The notes: a model not told the origin generated them from the letters alone. 64,000 nt of DNA from Octopus sinensis (GCF_006345805.1 NC_042998.1:19530001-19594000); one strand, 5' to 3'; shown: positions 11,777-27,107, counted from the stretch's first letter. Program-made: numbers and translations.

Positions 11777-13735
11777 TATATATATGTATGTATACATATA
11801 TATATATGTATACATATATATTGCCATTTTATAAATAGCTCATTTACCACAATTTGAAAGTATGTATTTTTAGACGAGGTTCCTGATATTTTCTCTACAG
11901 CTTGTAATTTCTTAAACTATCCGACATTGAGAAACTCAAAGAAATACATATATAACTAATGTAAAATAAAACTCCTTTCAAAGGAGTGATACTAGAATCG
12001 TAAACAAGCCTCTAGTGTAAGGAAAAATGTTTTGCAAATCTTGATGATGTGCAGAAAAGTGGAAATGTTTATCAGGAAACTGAAAGTTAATATGGATATG
12101 TCAAACACGTTACAGCATTTCGTACTTGTCATAGAACCTGAATTTTAAGATTTTCAAGCCTTGGAGATATTATTGAAATTGTTTAAATACGAACAAAATC
12201 TTGCTGTAAGAAGTGAAAGATTTAGCAAAGGAATATGGCAAATCCGAATGTTGTTACTATTTTTTATTCAACTATTCAAGCAATGTATTCACGTGAACAT
12301 TTCCAGAAATTACTAAAGCAAAATGATGCATATTGAGTAAATATATTTCAGCTAATATTCTTTTACATAGATTAATATTGTTTTGTTTATATCTTTTTTT
12401 ATATGTCAGCACATTCAATTAGTATGAAGACTTGAAGTTTTTTGGGGTTTTTTTTCTGGAAGTAGTATTAATATGTAGTAGTAATTTAGCGTACGATTTT
12501 CGTAAATCCAGCGAAGAAAGTGGAAACAAAAACTAATAATAAAACCAAAGAATATAATTCGCCACAAAACATATATGGGTTACACATTATAATATACGTT
12601 AATTAAATATGCGTAACTTGTTATCATTATCTTTGTAATCCCAGGGCTACAATGCAGGAAATAGAGAGGATATCCATGTTACCAGCTTTTGTTGATATTC
12701 TTTCTATGATGAAAAATGTAAATAATATTATATAAAAGAATGTAAATAATATGATAGATTTCAGATTAGAAATGATTTCTTGCAAGATTTATCGAGGCTT
12801 TATATATTATTAACATTCAGTATAAATAGTAATCAAATTTACATCAAATTACACATTGCCGCTTTGCGAACGGTTTCGGAATTTGCAGGTTATATTTATA
12901 GACAAACAAAAGAGATAACTATGGTTGTAAGCGCTTCAGAGCGTGCAATATCACATAGGCGTGTCCAGTTTGTAATCTACCAAGAGAAAAATATATTTTA
13001 TTACTTGCAAATGTTACGCTCGAAAACGTTCTCACTTGATTTTGAACAATGGTCTAAGAAAGGAAAAGGACATAAATCGGCGGTCAAGCATGGCCGCAGC
13101 CAAATGACTGAAATACGATAAAGAATAGAAGAATATGTGTGTGTGTTTGTGTGTGTATACAAATAAACATACAGCAAATACCATAGGTTATCAATTCTTC
13201 ATTTATCAAATTTATCCTATCCTAGAGAGAAACATATACAAACGTCTAGATATTTTGCGATCAATTCCAAATGACAAGAGTAAGTAATCGCTGAGATTGG
13301 TATGGCGCTATGTTAAATGTCACTCTACTCGTGTAAGAATAAGGGAGCAATCGGGAATGCATGTTTCAGCCACAATAGGTCTCATTTCACAGAAGAGGTT
13401 GTATTTTGAATCCAGCAAATTAGTTATATACACTACCAGTCAAAAATGCCTATATATCCTAATGTAATTCGCAAAATCTTACGAAAATCGACACAGATTT
13501 GACAGACAAATTCATTTTATTTTTGTTTGAAATTGTTAATCAGACAACAAATGAAAATGCATGGCTTACACAAAACATTGAGTGAATATTAAATGGTTAT
13601 CATTTACCATATATAAGTCACTAGACATATGAGCAAAGAAGGAATAATGCATGTCTAAATTTATATTGCATTGCCTAGTGTATCCCATAGTTCTTTCATA
13701 GCAAATATATTAGTTACATTATGAACTCACTGTCA

Positions 13736-13912
13736 GGCGGCGAGCTGAGAGAAGTGTTACCCTGCCGGGTGAAATACTTAGCGGTGTTTTATCTGTCTTT
13801 ACGTTCTGAGTTCAATATTCGATATATTAGGTACCACTTACGTACTGGAGTCGATCTTATCGACTAGGCCCCTCCCTAAAAATTCAGGCCTTGTGCCTAG
13901 AGTAGAAAAGAA
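13736..13912 (+). mobile_element. SINE family B, internally deleted
   Basis: Same head and tail as 8099-8311. Confidence 0.75.
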
Positions 13913-13924
13913 TATATATTTTTA

Positions 13925-15030
13925 GACATAGCTCTTAGAAGGTTTTGAGGCATTTTCAGGGAAGATATATTAATTTGAAAGAAGTACGAAAGTATGATAG
14001 TTTTCAGATTGCACAGATCTAGGAATGCTCTGAAGTCCACAGGGAGTACTCTAAGGCAGAGGTGTCCAGAACTGCTTTTATTACAGCATCCTTCTTCTTC
14101 TCAACGTCTTAAAACTTACTGCCCCGGAGGTTACTCGGAGCAAGGTCTAAATGTAGGTAGGTTGAAACGTAGTTTTGATGTCCGTCGCTGCTAGGTTTTT
14201 GTTTACTCGGATGGAACTCTGCATTGGTACATTGTCCTGATGCAGCTGTTCTGGCCTTTTAAATGAAATCTCTTCTTTAAAGTACAGTTATTTTTACTGT
14301 TTCCCCAGAGGAAACCCTGTGGAAGTAGATGATACCCTCTTGTTGAAAAAGGAATAGTTATGTGCTTATCAGTAGACTTGATTTGCTCGGCTGCAGTGGG
14401 TCTGCGGGCATCAGGTTACCTCCTTCTAACCCTACGAATATCGATGTCTGAGTCATAACAATAAGTCCAGCTTCGTTCTAAGTCACCAAGCGACTCAAGT
14501 ACTCTTGCATTTGGGATTATGTGCACAACAATCCCCTTGCTGTTACCAACGCGTCTTTCCTTCGTTTCGTTACCGAGAACCCGGGGAACAATCTTTGCAC
14601 AAATTTTGCAAATTCTCAGATCTTCATGAATTATTGCCACGCATAGTTGCAACACCAACTACGCCAATTATCTTAATAGACACACAACGGTCTTCCACCA
14701 GAAAATCATAAATTTTTGCAACCAGTTTAAGTTTTGATGACCCTCTCCCTCCAGACCCCTCATCGTCTCACTTAAACTCACGACCGTCCTCGAATTTCTT
14801 CGTCCAGAAAAGCAGATGCTCATTTTGTGTAAGATATTCCATAAGCAGGCCTGGAATATTTCAGTGGTTCCCGTAGTGTATTTGAGCAGTTTAACAAAAA
14901 ATGGTATTGCATAGCAAGCTTCCAAGCCTGCATTCTGCTAAGTAAGTCAGCAGTGTTTTGTATGGAGTGTCCAAAGTGTTGTTACAGCCGTCACATCCAA
15001 TCTGGAAATAAAAAAGACAGATTATGATAT
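13925..15030 (-). mobile_element. Decayed mariner (D,D34D-type) transposon
   Basis: Fragments IIHEDLRICKICAKIVPRVL (compare HEHLxMRKVCARWVP), WTYCYD, LHQDNVP and a DLAPS-like motif, with multiple stops and frameshifts. Confidence 0.8.
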
Positions 15031-16559
15031 ATACTACAAAGATTGCAATAAACTAGGACATTTATAATAATCCCTTCCAAGACGAACGTCAAACCTTCTG
15101 ACATGTATATTGTACTATCCATTTATGCGTATAGTGACGATATATAATTTGTTTGGCAAGTCTTTAATTTATTTATGTTTATATGCACTTGCTACGAAAT
15201 GAACCGAACAGAATATATATTTCAAACTACTTTCAGCTCATGTATAAACTAAACCTAGTGTCTAAAACTTATGAATAATAATTATCCTTATGGCTAAGAA
15301 TGTGATAAAAGGCTATGAATTTTGTATAACCTTACGGGAGAAATAATGCAGAATAAATACAATGTAAACAAACCATTTAAATATGTTTAAAAGATTTATA
15401 GCTGTCAGTGTTATAAATATCTTCTATATATTTATTAAATAACATAAAATAAAATTAATGTTCACTGCTTAATGGAAAGCGACAAAGCTTAAAGAAGTCG
15501 AACTTTTGCAGTTTGAACGAAAATTATTTACGTGCATATAATCAATTTTATGAAAGGAAAACACGAAATGCATTGTCTTGTGTAGATAATTAATATTTCT
15601 GAACATGTTAACAGAACCGTAATTCTCCACTGTCATACATAGACATTTGTTTGTACACAGTCAACAAAATCACTCTAAGATGTTTGTAACAATTTTTCAT
15701 AACGACCTAGATTTTACATTACTTAAATGAAAACGTATCGTATTTAACCTCACATAATACTGATATTTTCATTGTAAGCATTAAAAATAGCTTATTTATT
15801 ATAGACATTACTAAATATATTTTGACAAAACGAAGTGAAATAAAGTTTTATTCTCAGCAAAACCATAAAAGCATACTTTAGTTTAATTATAAACTTTATG
15901 TTATATGACATATTTCAGTAATAACGTCAAAGTTTTTGTTCGACAACTCAGTTAACTAGAAATTTTTATTTACTATATTCTTACGAAAGATGTGAAATTG
16001 CAGTGACATTGAATGGTTATATAAAATTTTTCTAGCAATCATATGTTGAATATCATTAGGTTGACGGTTTATTGCGCTATATTTCATATTTAAGTATTGT
16101 CATTGAAAATAACATCACACTTCCGATAGGCTAATTGCACTTCTTAATACTTTCTTACGCACAAACACACACACACACGTGTGTGTGTGTGTAGATCCAT
16201 GCACATTACTTCTTTATATAAGACAGTATGTACACTGAGTCATTCGTAAGAAATTACCAATTAGGCAACTAGAAAATGAATTGTTTCTTCGCTGTTGCCT
16301 GAAAAATACCAGCGAACGAAAATCTATAAGCAGTGAGTAATGCCCAGGCTTCATTGCTCGTACGTGCTCAGAGATATTTGAAATATCTTTTATCTTTACT
16401 TGGAGGAATTTCGTCAAATGAATCAACCCAGTACCGATTTTAGAACCCATTATTATATATTGGCCTGCTTTGCCGAATCTTTAGATTTCGTGGACGTAAA
16501 CACACCAATACCAGATGTTAAGCGGTGATAAAGATGGGCTTTGGTTTCAGGAGCTTAAA

Positions 16560-16720
16560 TCTATGAGACTTAAGGACTAAAAAGTTTTGAATGGTACAAC
16601 AATGCAGTATAATACAAACAATGGGCTATATACCTGTTGTAATTTAGTCTTCCGTAATCTGATGACATTTCGGAATAAAATTCCTTCTACAGATATTCTT
16701 AGATGGAGTCGCTATATAAT
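16560..16720 (-). repeat. Dispersed repeat, also present inverted at ~23895-24035
   Basis: ctccatctaagaatat..gaaggaat.ttattccgaaat...gactaaattacaacaggtatatagcccattgtttgtatt...cattgttgtaccattcaaaactttt is shared. It lies downstream of the Penelope remnant and may be its terminal repeat. Confidence 0.8.
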
Positions 16721-16849
16721 CGGTTTCCGACCGCTTTTCCTATTATTTATTTGTTTTTTGAAGCTTCTCATCAGTGGCCTCACGATTCTCCTTTCGGAAT
16801 TCCTCATGAGAAGTGCGTGAGGTCGGTCATGTCTCAAACTCGTGTGTGC

Positions 16850-17720
16850 TGGTACATCAGTAGTGCTGCTTCTAAGTTCTGATTCATACGTGCAGCTTCC
16901 TTTTTTCCATTCTTTGTTTTGTCTATTCTAAATGAACCTACACGCATCCAGATGTAGCTAAATAATATATTGACTACCAACCTCCAGCTTATTGTTAATT
17001 TGGGGCCCTAGTCTGCGTATGAGTATAGCTTCCTTAATTCTTAAATTACCTAAATTTATTTCATTGACTTCAATTGTGACTGTTATGCTTTCATCGGTGT
17101 TTCGCCATCTGTCTAGATACTTTCTGAAGGAGGAGACCTCGTGTTCAGATGTTCTTTGATGCGGACGGCAAACGGTCTTGTGCTACCCACATAGAACTTG
17201 CTGCATTGTATTTTATACACAATAAAAATCTGTGTCACGGATGGGACAGTTTCTTAGTGTGCATTGATTGTTGTCCCTTGTTCATTTGTTAGTGAGATGT
17301 ACTCTCAGAGAGGGGCCGGAATGGACTAGTTGTGTGTCTAGCCCTTCTCTTCTTATGGCTCTTCGGTCGGATGTATTTATTCTCTCGCTAAAATGGGGCA
17401 TTTTAAGGAAGCATGTGTTGCTGAGTTTTCTATTTATTCGGCGTGTTGGTCGTCTTGGCTACTTTAGCCGATTTGCAATGGGTCTAGGGTACCCGTTGGT
17501 TTTCAATATATCTAGGAAACATGTAGTGTGGGTCAACTTGTCATCTGTCCTGTTGCACTTGCCCTGGCGTATCCTATTGTGACACCAAGTTCATCTCTGG
17601 CGTATTCTATTTTGGCACCGAGTGAAGTGCTGAATAGTATTGGACAAGCATATCACTACTCGCTGCAAACATGTAGAACTCGGTGTGAATCTACCCTACT
17701 TCCGTTATATTCATTTTGAA
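16850..17720 (-). mobile_element. Penelope-like element 3' remnant with GIY-YIG endonuclease
   Basis: 17220-17146 on the - strand reads VYKIQCSKFYVGSTRPFAVRIKEHL, a GIY-YIG motif. A downstream IKEAILIR..GPQIN-like motif follows. Confidence 0.8.
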
Positions 17721-17844
17721 GTCAAGTAGTGATCGCTATCCAGCTATACTGTATAAACCCTGGGGTCCATTTGTTCGACTAAGGGAGGTGCTCCTTCATG
17801 CCACAGTCAAAGACAGAAGCAAGGAAAAGAATAGAAGAATATAT

Positions 17845-17886
<42 letters not shown>

Positions 17887-17924
17887 GCTTTTATTCTTTT
17901 CCTTGCTTCTGTCTTTGACTGTGG

Positions 17925-17992
<68 letters not shown>

Positions 17993-18246
17993 ATATTATA
18001 TATATATATATATATAGGTACAAGTAATTAAGATTCAAGTGAGTTCTGTTGAATTCACATGCATATGGTACTTAAATCGGATGCACCAGAAATCTATATG
18101 GTGTTAACCATACGATAAAGTGGGGTGATTATAAATAGGAAAAAAGCAACAAGAATGGATCAATTTTTCGGTACAATTGTTTCGTACGAAGACATCTTTA
18201 ATAAGGCTACAAAAATTGCAGTAAATATATATATATATACAAATAT

Positions 18247-18309
<63 letters not shown>

Positions 18310-21296
18310 AAAATTGCAGTAATATATATATATACAGTAAATATATATATATATATAGTTCAAATTTACAGAAGACAAAAGCCGAAAATAGGTGTAGAAA
18401 CAACAGGTGTATTAGTTAACGCTCCGGGAAAATGGAGTTTTTTTTACGTTATATATGTGTGGGTGTTTGTGTGTGTGTGCGTGCGTGCGGAGGGGAGTTG
18501 TGCGTATGCCTTGTACAATCAACTTTACAGTTTGGTGGTCCTTTTATTCACTAATAATGTTTATATAAACTATTATTTTTATTTTTTGTATCCATTTTTC
18601 ATTTTAATTCATATTTGTTTACCGAAAGTTGATGTGGCGATAATTAAATTTAGATTAATATATCTCAAACATTGATCAACTTGATTGGTTTTTGTTTAAA
18701 ATTTTTAGAAAAGCAGTGACCATTACTTTCTGTTCTGCTCATGACGAACCCAATCATGATCCTTAATTGCCAATTTATATTAAAATCATGTTTTGCGAAG
18801 ATGTTGATCTGTAACTGCAGACCGTCATCTTCATTGCTCCATCTATTATTTTTCAACCAGTTCCGCTCGCACTGACAGAAATATTGCTTCATATCCTGTG
18901 TAATCAATTCTATTATTGCAAACTATAGCTTCCATCTTATATCGAACAATGTGAAGAAGAGACTATAATTAAAGAGACTAGAATGAAAGAGATGAGAATT
19001 AATTTATTTGCAATATTGGTTTAATTCAAACCAATATTCGCTCAGCAGGAGATGCGGAAATTGTATTTTTCTGCTGAAATATATTTCCTTTCCATTCAAC
19101 CTTAAAGTTTAGTTGAATACGATATTAGTATCATTACCTCCACAAGTAATCCGTTGAGACTTTGGCTTCTTTTGTATGTAGCAACAGAAGTTTATGTACA
19201 AAGGCATAATGAATTAGAAATATAGCATGCCAATTATGGATTTCCATTTCTTTAACATGGTACCTGTTTCTCGATATTAGTCGTATTTCACCCTAGTAGT
19301 TAATGGAAATCATATGTAATAGACTACAAATGAATGAATATAATCTCCAGTATATTATTAAATGAGCTTAAAAAGTTATAAGATAATGACAGGCTTTGTA
19401 GATTTACATTCTAATATAATTTACTTTGTTCGAATATATATGACAACTGGGAACTAAGACCCGGAAATCAAAACATCTATGACTTTCAATTCAAAGGGAG
19501 AGGATCTACAAAGTGTTTGCAATGGATAGAAATAATTGCTGCCAAGTCTTAGTGAAATTATCCTCCGCCATTTTACAAAGCCAGTAAAACGAATTGAACA
19601 GATGCGTTTGAAATACATCAATAAAAATACGGTTTTGGTTTGCGTGGAAAGCATTTGATCATATATTTGCCTATTCAGGGTTGTCCTAGATATAAGCAAT
19701 AACAGCAACAACAAGAATACAGCTGCAACTACAATAAAATTACGTGCAAAAAATAATGAACAGCGGTATCAGTATGTCACACTACAACAACTAATGCAAA
19801 CCATCTTTGTAAATGTAGTAGCTCAGATATTTATATGTTCTATATTGGCTTATAAAAACTAATCTGTGTGGCTGTCCATCGTTATATTATCTGCTAGGAA
19901 TAACAGTTAAATGCTCCAGAAATTGCATGTTACCATAAAGACGATAACGTATCTGGAAATAATATATACTAGATGGCCGTTGAGACAAACGTTCATAGAC
20001 AGCTTACCTCCGATTTGAGTTGTGACAAAGTAACAATAGAAACAAATATAAAATTGTATTCTTGAAGTTCTATATACAAATCTGCACATATTTATATACT
20101 ATCATATATATTTTTTTCTAGCAATATGAATTATTTATGCACACATATTTGAATGACAGATCCCGCAAACCATCTCTGATATTTATATTGTTGTATTTAT
20201 TAGAATACACATTAACATTTCCTTAAAATACAACTGGTCTACTGGCCTGGATTTGATTGTAAAGAAATTTGAATACATCCAATCGTTTCAGACATGTAGC
20301 TGGCTTGCGTTGATTCATCCCATCAAATGTCATCCAATGGTATTATAGGATAGTGAACACAATGCTTAAATATATGATCAATAAACTCTGGTGTATCAAG
20401 ATTCAACACGTTATCTACTTTTAATCTCCTAGGCTAAAAATATGACAAAAACTATCTTATTACGTGCATAATTAATACTTATTGTGTTGTCCCTGTATAA
20501 CAATGATACTTCGAGTGGTAACGATAGCTATATTATACATAGCGGAATGGAAGTAATTTCTTACTATGAAGTATCAGAGTATTGTTATTGGTTAAGGGAC
20601 ATTAATGATTTATTTTCACTTTTAAGTAGGTAAATTTTCATTGTATAATCTCATTTTGGACTTCATATCTATTTGATTATTGGGACGTTAATAGGTATTC
20701 GTTATATCGCAATACTACACGATGGCTGTGTGATCTACGAAATCCTCGTCACCACTTTTATATCGCACGTTCCGAATACCTCTACATAACACCCGACGTC
20801 TAGTCTTCTCCCTCTATATCTACGTATTGGGCTATCCTACTTCATCGTCTGGGGGCATCCACACAACAGTATTACGCAGTATTACGTATGAGACAAGGCT
20901 TTCGACTTTGTATTAAGTCACATATTCTAAAGATGGTACCATAAAAATTTCATTTTTTTTTTTGTCTCTAATTTACACCTAGGCCCCAACATAGAACCCT
21001 TGTATGTGCCAGTTGTTTTCATGCAAAATATTATTATAATATAATTATCACAGTTTATCTGCAGTACGTTCATTGTCATAATCAAGGCTATGTAGCATAC
21101 GTGTTTTGCCATTGAGAATGTGACTCCAAAGGATTCAGTTCTCATTTTATTTTATTTATTATTTGATAAACTCAGGTGAGAACTATTTAGACCCATCATG
21201 ACGTGCCACACAAATCCACCTGCACATTTTTTTGCTGATTAAATTCATTTATCGTTAGTTAGAAACTGATACTTACAAGTGCTGATCGTACATCTG

Positions 21297-21331
<35 letters not shown>

Positions 21332-21531
21332 TTAGAGTTAATACTTGATAAGTGTAAGCACCTGTACATGCCAGATAGTAGCAAAGGTAGGGAGTATATA
21401 TTAAATATGTGTCCTTGTGTTTTTTAATATATATATATATATTCTTTGATTATTGGGACGTAATAGGTATTTGTTATATCGCAATACTACACAGTGGCTG
21501 TGTGTGCTGCGATTATGAGCAATAAGTATAT

Positions 21532-21584
<53 letters not shown>

Positions 21585-21585
21585 G

Positions 21586-21618
<33 letters not shown>

Positions 21619-23214
21619 TGTGTGTACGTGTGCGTGTGCGTGTGTGTGTGTGTGTTTCCGCTGAGAGAAATTATCCATGACTAACGAATAAAACCTCAGT
21701 CGAAATCAACATATTATAATGATTAGTGGATATTGTAATTGCATGCCTCTGGAGGGTATATGATACCAAGATGGATGAAGAGAGCAAGTAAATGCTTGTC
21801 TCTTGCAATTTTGTTCACTTTATATCACTATTCATGAGATTTAATTCCCTTTACAGATTACGACTAGATTTTGGTCACGACAACTATGCACAAACTCCTT
21901 CAAGTGTAATCCTTCTTTAATATGTAATGCTCCTTTCAATCCAAGAGGATATTCAAAGAGATACTGCTGTTCGAAAATCAACTGAGGTAGAGAAAGAAGT
22001 GTTGTTTCAATAAATTTTGGTTTTCTTAACGTACACCAAAAACGAAAGTAAAATTCATAGAATTGACAACATGCATGTCCCCTGGTTTCAAAAAATGTTT
22101 GTTTCGTTTCACATAAAACGCTCTATTGTTTAGCAATCGAAGTTATTTGGTTTTCTTAATTTCTTTTCTTAACATTTACAGTTATCATTGCATTAACATA
22201 GTTTTGGTTCACCTTTATCAATGATCATGTTTTTGGTTATATAAAAATAAACAGCAAACTCATGGCAGAATCCGTTTTGCTGTTGGCTATGTATTTCCCC
22301 ATTCCCTTAGAAGTGTTGTTTAGCACTATCAGAGTTTTACTAACACACTGTGTTAGAAGTTGCAGGGCAACTGAAAACAAATATATGAAAAAACATGTCT
22401 TTGTTTAACTTGCGGTATACTTTAAACAGATTCGTTCAGGTTACATTGACCTGCACAGTTTATCATGCACTCGTGCATATGTTGACTGATGAAGAAATTC
22501 TCCCATATTCATTTAACCTTTATCACTTCTATTTCTACATTAGGAATGTGCCTGAAAGATAAAAATAACACCCACTATTTTTGTATACAGATATGCTTTA
22601 GGTACTATATGTTTGTGTCCATTTCCTATTTTAGATAAGAATTTGTTTTCTATTTTCGACTTTTAGGGGATTGTTCCATGCTGAATCTCCACCGGGGAAA
22701 TATATCATAGCATTTTTATTCTCTTTTTTCATCTTTTTTCACAATTTTCGCCGTTTCCTTTTTCGATATATGCTCATAACAATACAATTCTAGTGATAAT
22801 CTGGTTATTTACTGAGTGTTGCAAAGGAATGAAATAAATCCTCGTGGAAATCTATGAAACAGCGAAGAACAGTGCAGACTAAATCAATACGCTTTGGGAT
22901 GAAAAACAACGGGGACTAAAAAATTCGGCGAGTTGTTCTTAGTGGATAAAGAACAGTAGATAAGTGATGGAGAGCTGGAAAAGTAGGCTTATTGCAAACT
23001 ACTATATCTTACAGTCGCTTGAATGTGAAGCATACTGGAAGGATCATCAAATATTGAAGAGAAACAACGAAGGTTGATGTTAAATCCAGATAATCAATAA
23101 AAATACTTGGTATAGGCGAGAGGGACGAAATTATATATAAAGTACACGGGAATATGTTGAGTAGATAATATTTATAGGAGCGTGTGATTCGGATTTAGAA
23201 TATACATATAGAGA

Positions 23215-23258
<44 letters not shown>

Positions 23259-23284
23259 AAATAAGCAACAAGAATGACTCCGGT

Positions 23285-23376
23285 AATTTGGTATGATCGT
23301 TTCGTACTACATCATTTTATTAAATGTTGTAAGTATTACAACAGTTTTAAAATGCTGAGCACTCATCAGGCCAATT
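23285..23376 (-). ncRNA. Degenerate hammerhead motif with long, interrupted stem II
   Basis: - strand: CTGATGA gtgct-cagcatttta..tgttgtaa/ttacaaca..taaaatgatg-t-agtac GAAA c-gatc-a TA. Stem III has a C-A mismatch and stem I is out of register. Confidence 0.45.
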
Positions 23377-23508
23377 ATAGAGGTTTTCCCTTAATACAAA
23401 AATGTTCATATCAAGTGGCAACATTATAGAGAAGATAGATACATAGACATAGATGTGGATTTAAATTTTAAGAACATTTGAGGGAGTGGAGCCTCAAATA
23501 TATGTATG

Positions 23509-23550
<42 letters not shown>

Positions 23551-23685
23551 TATATATAAAGAAGTAAGTATATGGCACAACGAAGTACCAATATTTACTG
23601 GAAATACGAACGTAATAATACGACGCTAATGTATTATTACGGGCTATTCTTTACTGAAAAGCAATACTCTAGTATTGCATTACTA

Positions 23686-23729
<44 letters not shown>

Positions 23730-25249
23730 ATATATATATACATCTACATGCGCGCACACCCTTACGCACACGCACACACTCACAATCATACACGCACATG
23801 CATACATACATACATACATACATACATACATACATACATACATACATGACCTGGGACACTCTAGATGGAGGTTTCGGAAGGATAGCCCCGAGGACAAAGC
23901 TACTCCATCTAAGAATATTTGAAGAAGGAATATTATTCCGAAATATCATATCAGGCTATGGATGACTAAATTACAACAGGTATATAGCCCATTGTTTGTA
24001 TTTTAGTACATTGTTGTACCATTCAAAACTTTTTATTCTTTACAAACAATAGACAATGATTCAAGCGAACTGCAATACTCTCTTATATTAAATGTTATTA
24101 AACTTGAGCATTATTTTGCAGTCAATGAACAATTTTCTTCAGAGCAATGATGGAAATTTGTCATCAGAACAATGATGAACTATCCAACAGATCTGTTGGA
24201 AAGTGTGCAGCAGAGGTAAGATAGAAACAGAACATATAAACAGATTAATAGGGATGCTGAGAATAGCCTTCAGAGTTTACGTAGGCTGGAGTCGCCGTGC
24301 TTCAGGAATTATGTACGATATGGAGAGACTTAGTTGGAATGTTATTTAATGTTATATAATCGGATAAAAAAAAGCGGTAGAGACGGAAGAGTTGGAAGAT
24401 TCTGAATTTGACGAGTAGATTGCTTCGAGAACTACTTATGACATAGTATATCGTCTTATTATTAAGGATTGAATTAGTCGGTAATTTCTTTATACCATAT
24501 ATGATTATCTCATCCTTTGATAGAAAGATTATTCTAGTAAATTGCATGTTTACAAAATATAAATGCATTAAGCTGTATGTAATGACTTACGTGTGATGTA
24601 TCACGGTAGTGTTTCTTAGAGATGTTTCCCAGCTGCTCTTCTACGTTATTGATTTTTCACGATAGAATATTTCACTATAGAATATTTCTTATGAAACAAT
24701 TTTACACTCGTCAGGCTTGAATGCTTCTTGCTAGGAAAAAATATACGAACCAAATACCATTAAAATGAAATAAGGGATAGGGATAAAGTTATGGGAAAGT
24801 CAAGACATTTTCTCTCCAAATGCATGTCTGCAGTTTCGAGGAGTATATACGAAATTTGGAAACAATATATTCTACTGGAGCGTAAAATTATTAAAGATTT
24901 GCTTCGGATATCTCGCAGATGAAAATTTAGTGGGAGATTTAATCCTTCTCCGAGCTATTACTTGAACCTACTTATTAGATGTAACTACAAGTGTTCATTT
25001 TGTTGCACGAAACCAGACAATATCTTCCTTTTGAGCGTAACACTTCTCACATAGAGGCGGGCAATACACGCTAACATACATTACCTGATTAATATATTTA
25101 AGAAATAGCATTTCATACGTTTTCAATTTTAAACGACGTCATAAAAAACATTAAACTAGATACACACAAACACACGCGCACGTACGCACGCACACATACA
25201 CATAGTGAGGTTTAAAGAGAACAGAATATACAGTATATAAGACTAATAA

Positions 25250-25409
25250 AAAGGCGTAGATATATATAATTCAACATATTTTAATATTTTTATATAAATA
25301 TACAGATAAATATATATATACATATACATATATATATACACATGCATATATATATACACATGCATATATATATATATATATATATGCATATATATATATT
25401 ATATATATA

Positions 25410-25488
<79 letters not shown>

Positions 25489-25534
25489 TATATATATATG
25501 CATATATATATATATATATGCATATATATATATA

Positions 25535-25577
<43 letters not shown>

Positions 25578-25609
25578 ATATATATATATCTATGCATATA
25601 TATATATGC

Positions 25610-25679
<70 letters not shown>

Positions 25680-25680
25680 G
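25250..25680. repeat. (AT)n/(ATGCAT) microsatellite block
   Basis: Directly visible. Confidence 0.95.
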
Positions 25681-25840
25681 CGGAGTAGACGAAACAGGGA
25701 CAACTGAAGATGGGGAATATTCCTTGTGTTGTATGTCTTGCACTCTGTTTTTTCGTTGTTTGAAAGCAAGTTCGTTTCCATGTTTTTCTTATTATGTTTT
25801 CGTTTCTCATTGTGTTCAACGTTTTTTTTTGGTGTCCTGT
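25680..25840 (+). repeat. Dispersed repeat, second copy at ~62100-62250
   Basis: cggagtaga.gaaa.agggacaactga.ga.ggggaatattc...ttttcgtttctcattgtgttcaacgttt is shared between the two loci. Confidence 0.8.
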
Positions 25841-25930
25841 ACCCATATATGCATGCATATATACATATAGATATAGGTACGTACATATACGTATGTATAT
25901 ATGCATATGTTTATATATTATTTATGTTAT

Positions 25931-25964
<34 letters not shown>

Positions 25965-25969
25965 ATATA

Positions 25970-26110
<141 letters not shown>

Positions 26111-26466
26111 GCATATATACGTATATACGTGTGCGCATATATGTAGGAACATATATCTATTTGTAAAGGAATATATATATATATTTGTGTGCGTGTGTTC
26201 TATGCGTGAGTAACATTCGATATTTTTGAATGATGATGGAAATTTACAGTACGTAATCGAAATCATTAACGGAGACAGACAAAACGAAGATGACATTGTG
26301 TGTAACGTGTTTTACGACGCACATGAGATGATAGAGAAGCATTAACTTCTCAGCAGCTTAATGATTCCAACTTGTATATCAGTCACATTGTGATAACCAG
26401 CACCCTATCTCATTGTGCATTCCGCACGCACCCTGAACATTAGCTAACACACAAAAACACGCCTAC

Positions 26467-26506
<40 letters not shown>

Positions 26507-26614
26507 TTACACACGCACACACACAAAAACACACATTTACACACATATATACACATATACATGCGTATATATATGCATAAGCACCCTTATGAAAGTATAG
26601 ATACATATATACAA

Positions 26615-26660
<46 letters not shown>

Positions 26661-26701
26661 TATATATATACATATAATATATATATACATAATATATATA
26701 C

Positions 26702-26732
<31 letters not shown>

Positions 26733-26781
26733 CATATATATATGTATACATATACATAAATATATTTATATATTTTATATA

Positions 26782-26819
<38 letters not shown>

Positions 26820-27054
26820 AATTTAAATTTGCTAAATTTTCTTGAGAACGTTCCTTTCTTAGTGGTAAGACCATAGCGGATCTACTTCTAGCGCAATGGA
26901 TGTCCACGTTGTGGTCATCCCACTTATATGTATGTTATATATACTTAAATATGCATATTTAAATATACATATGCCTACGCATATACAAACATACAACGAT
27001 TTGCCAATTCATGTATATATTATATATATATATATATCTATCTATTATATATAT

Positions 27055-27107
<53 letters not shown>

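Noticed and set aside
12780-13121. 113-aa ORF
   Set aside because: No motif; its 3' end overlaps an antisense SINE C fragment.
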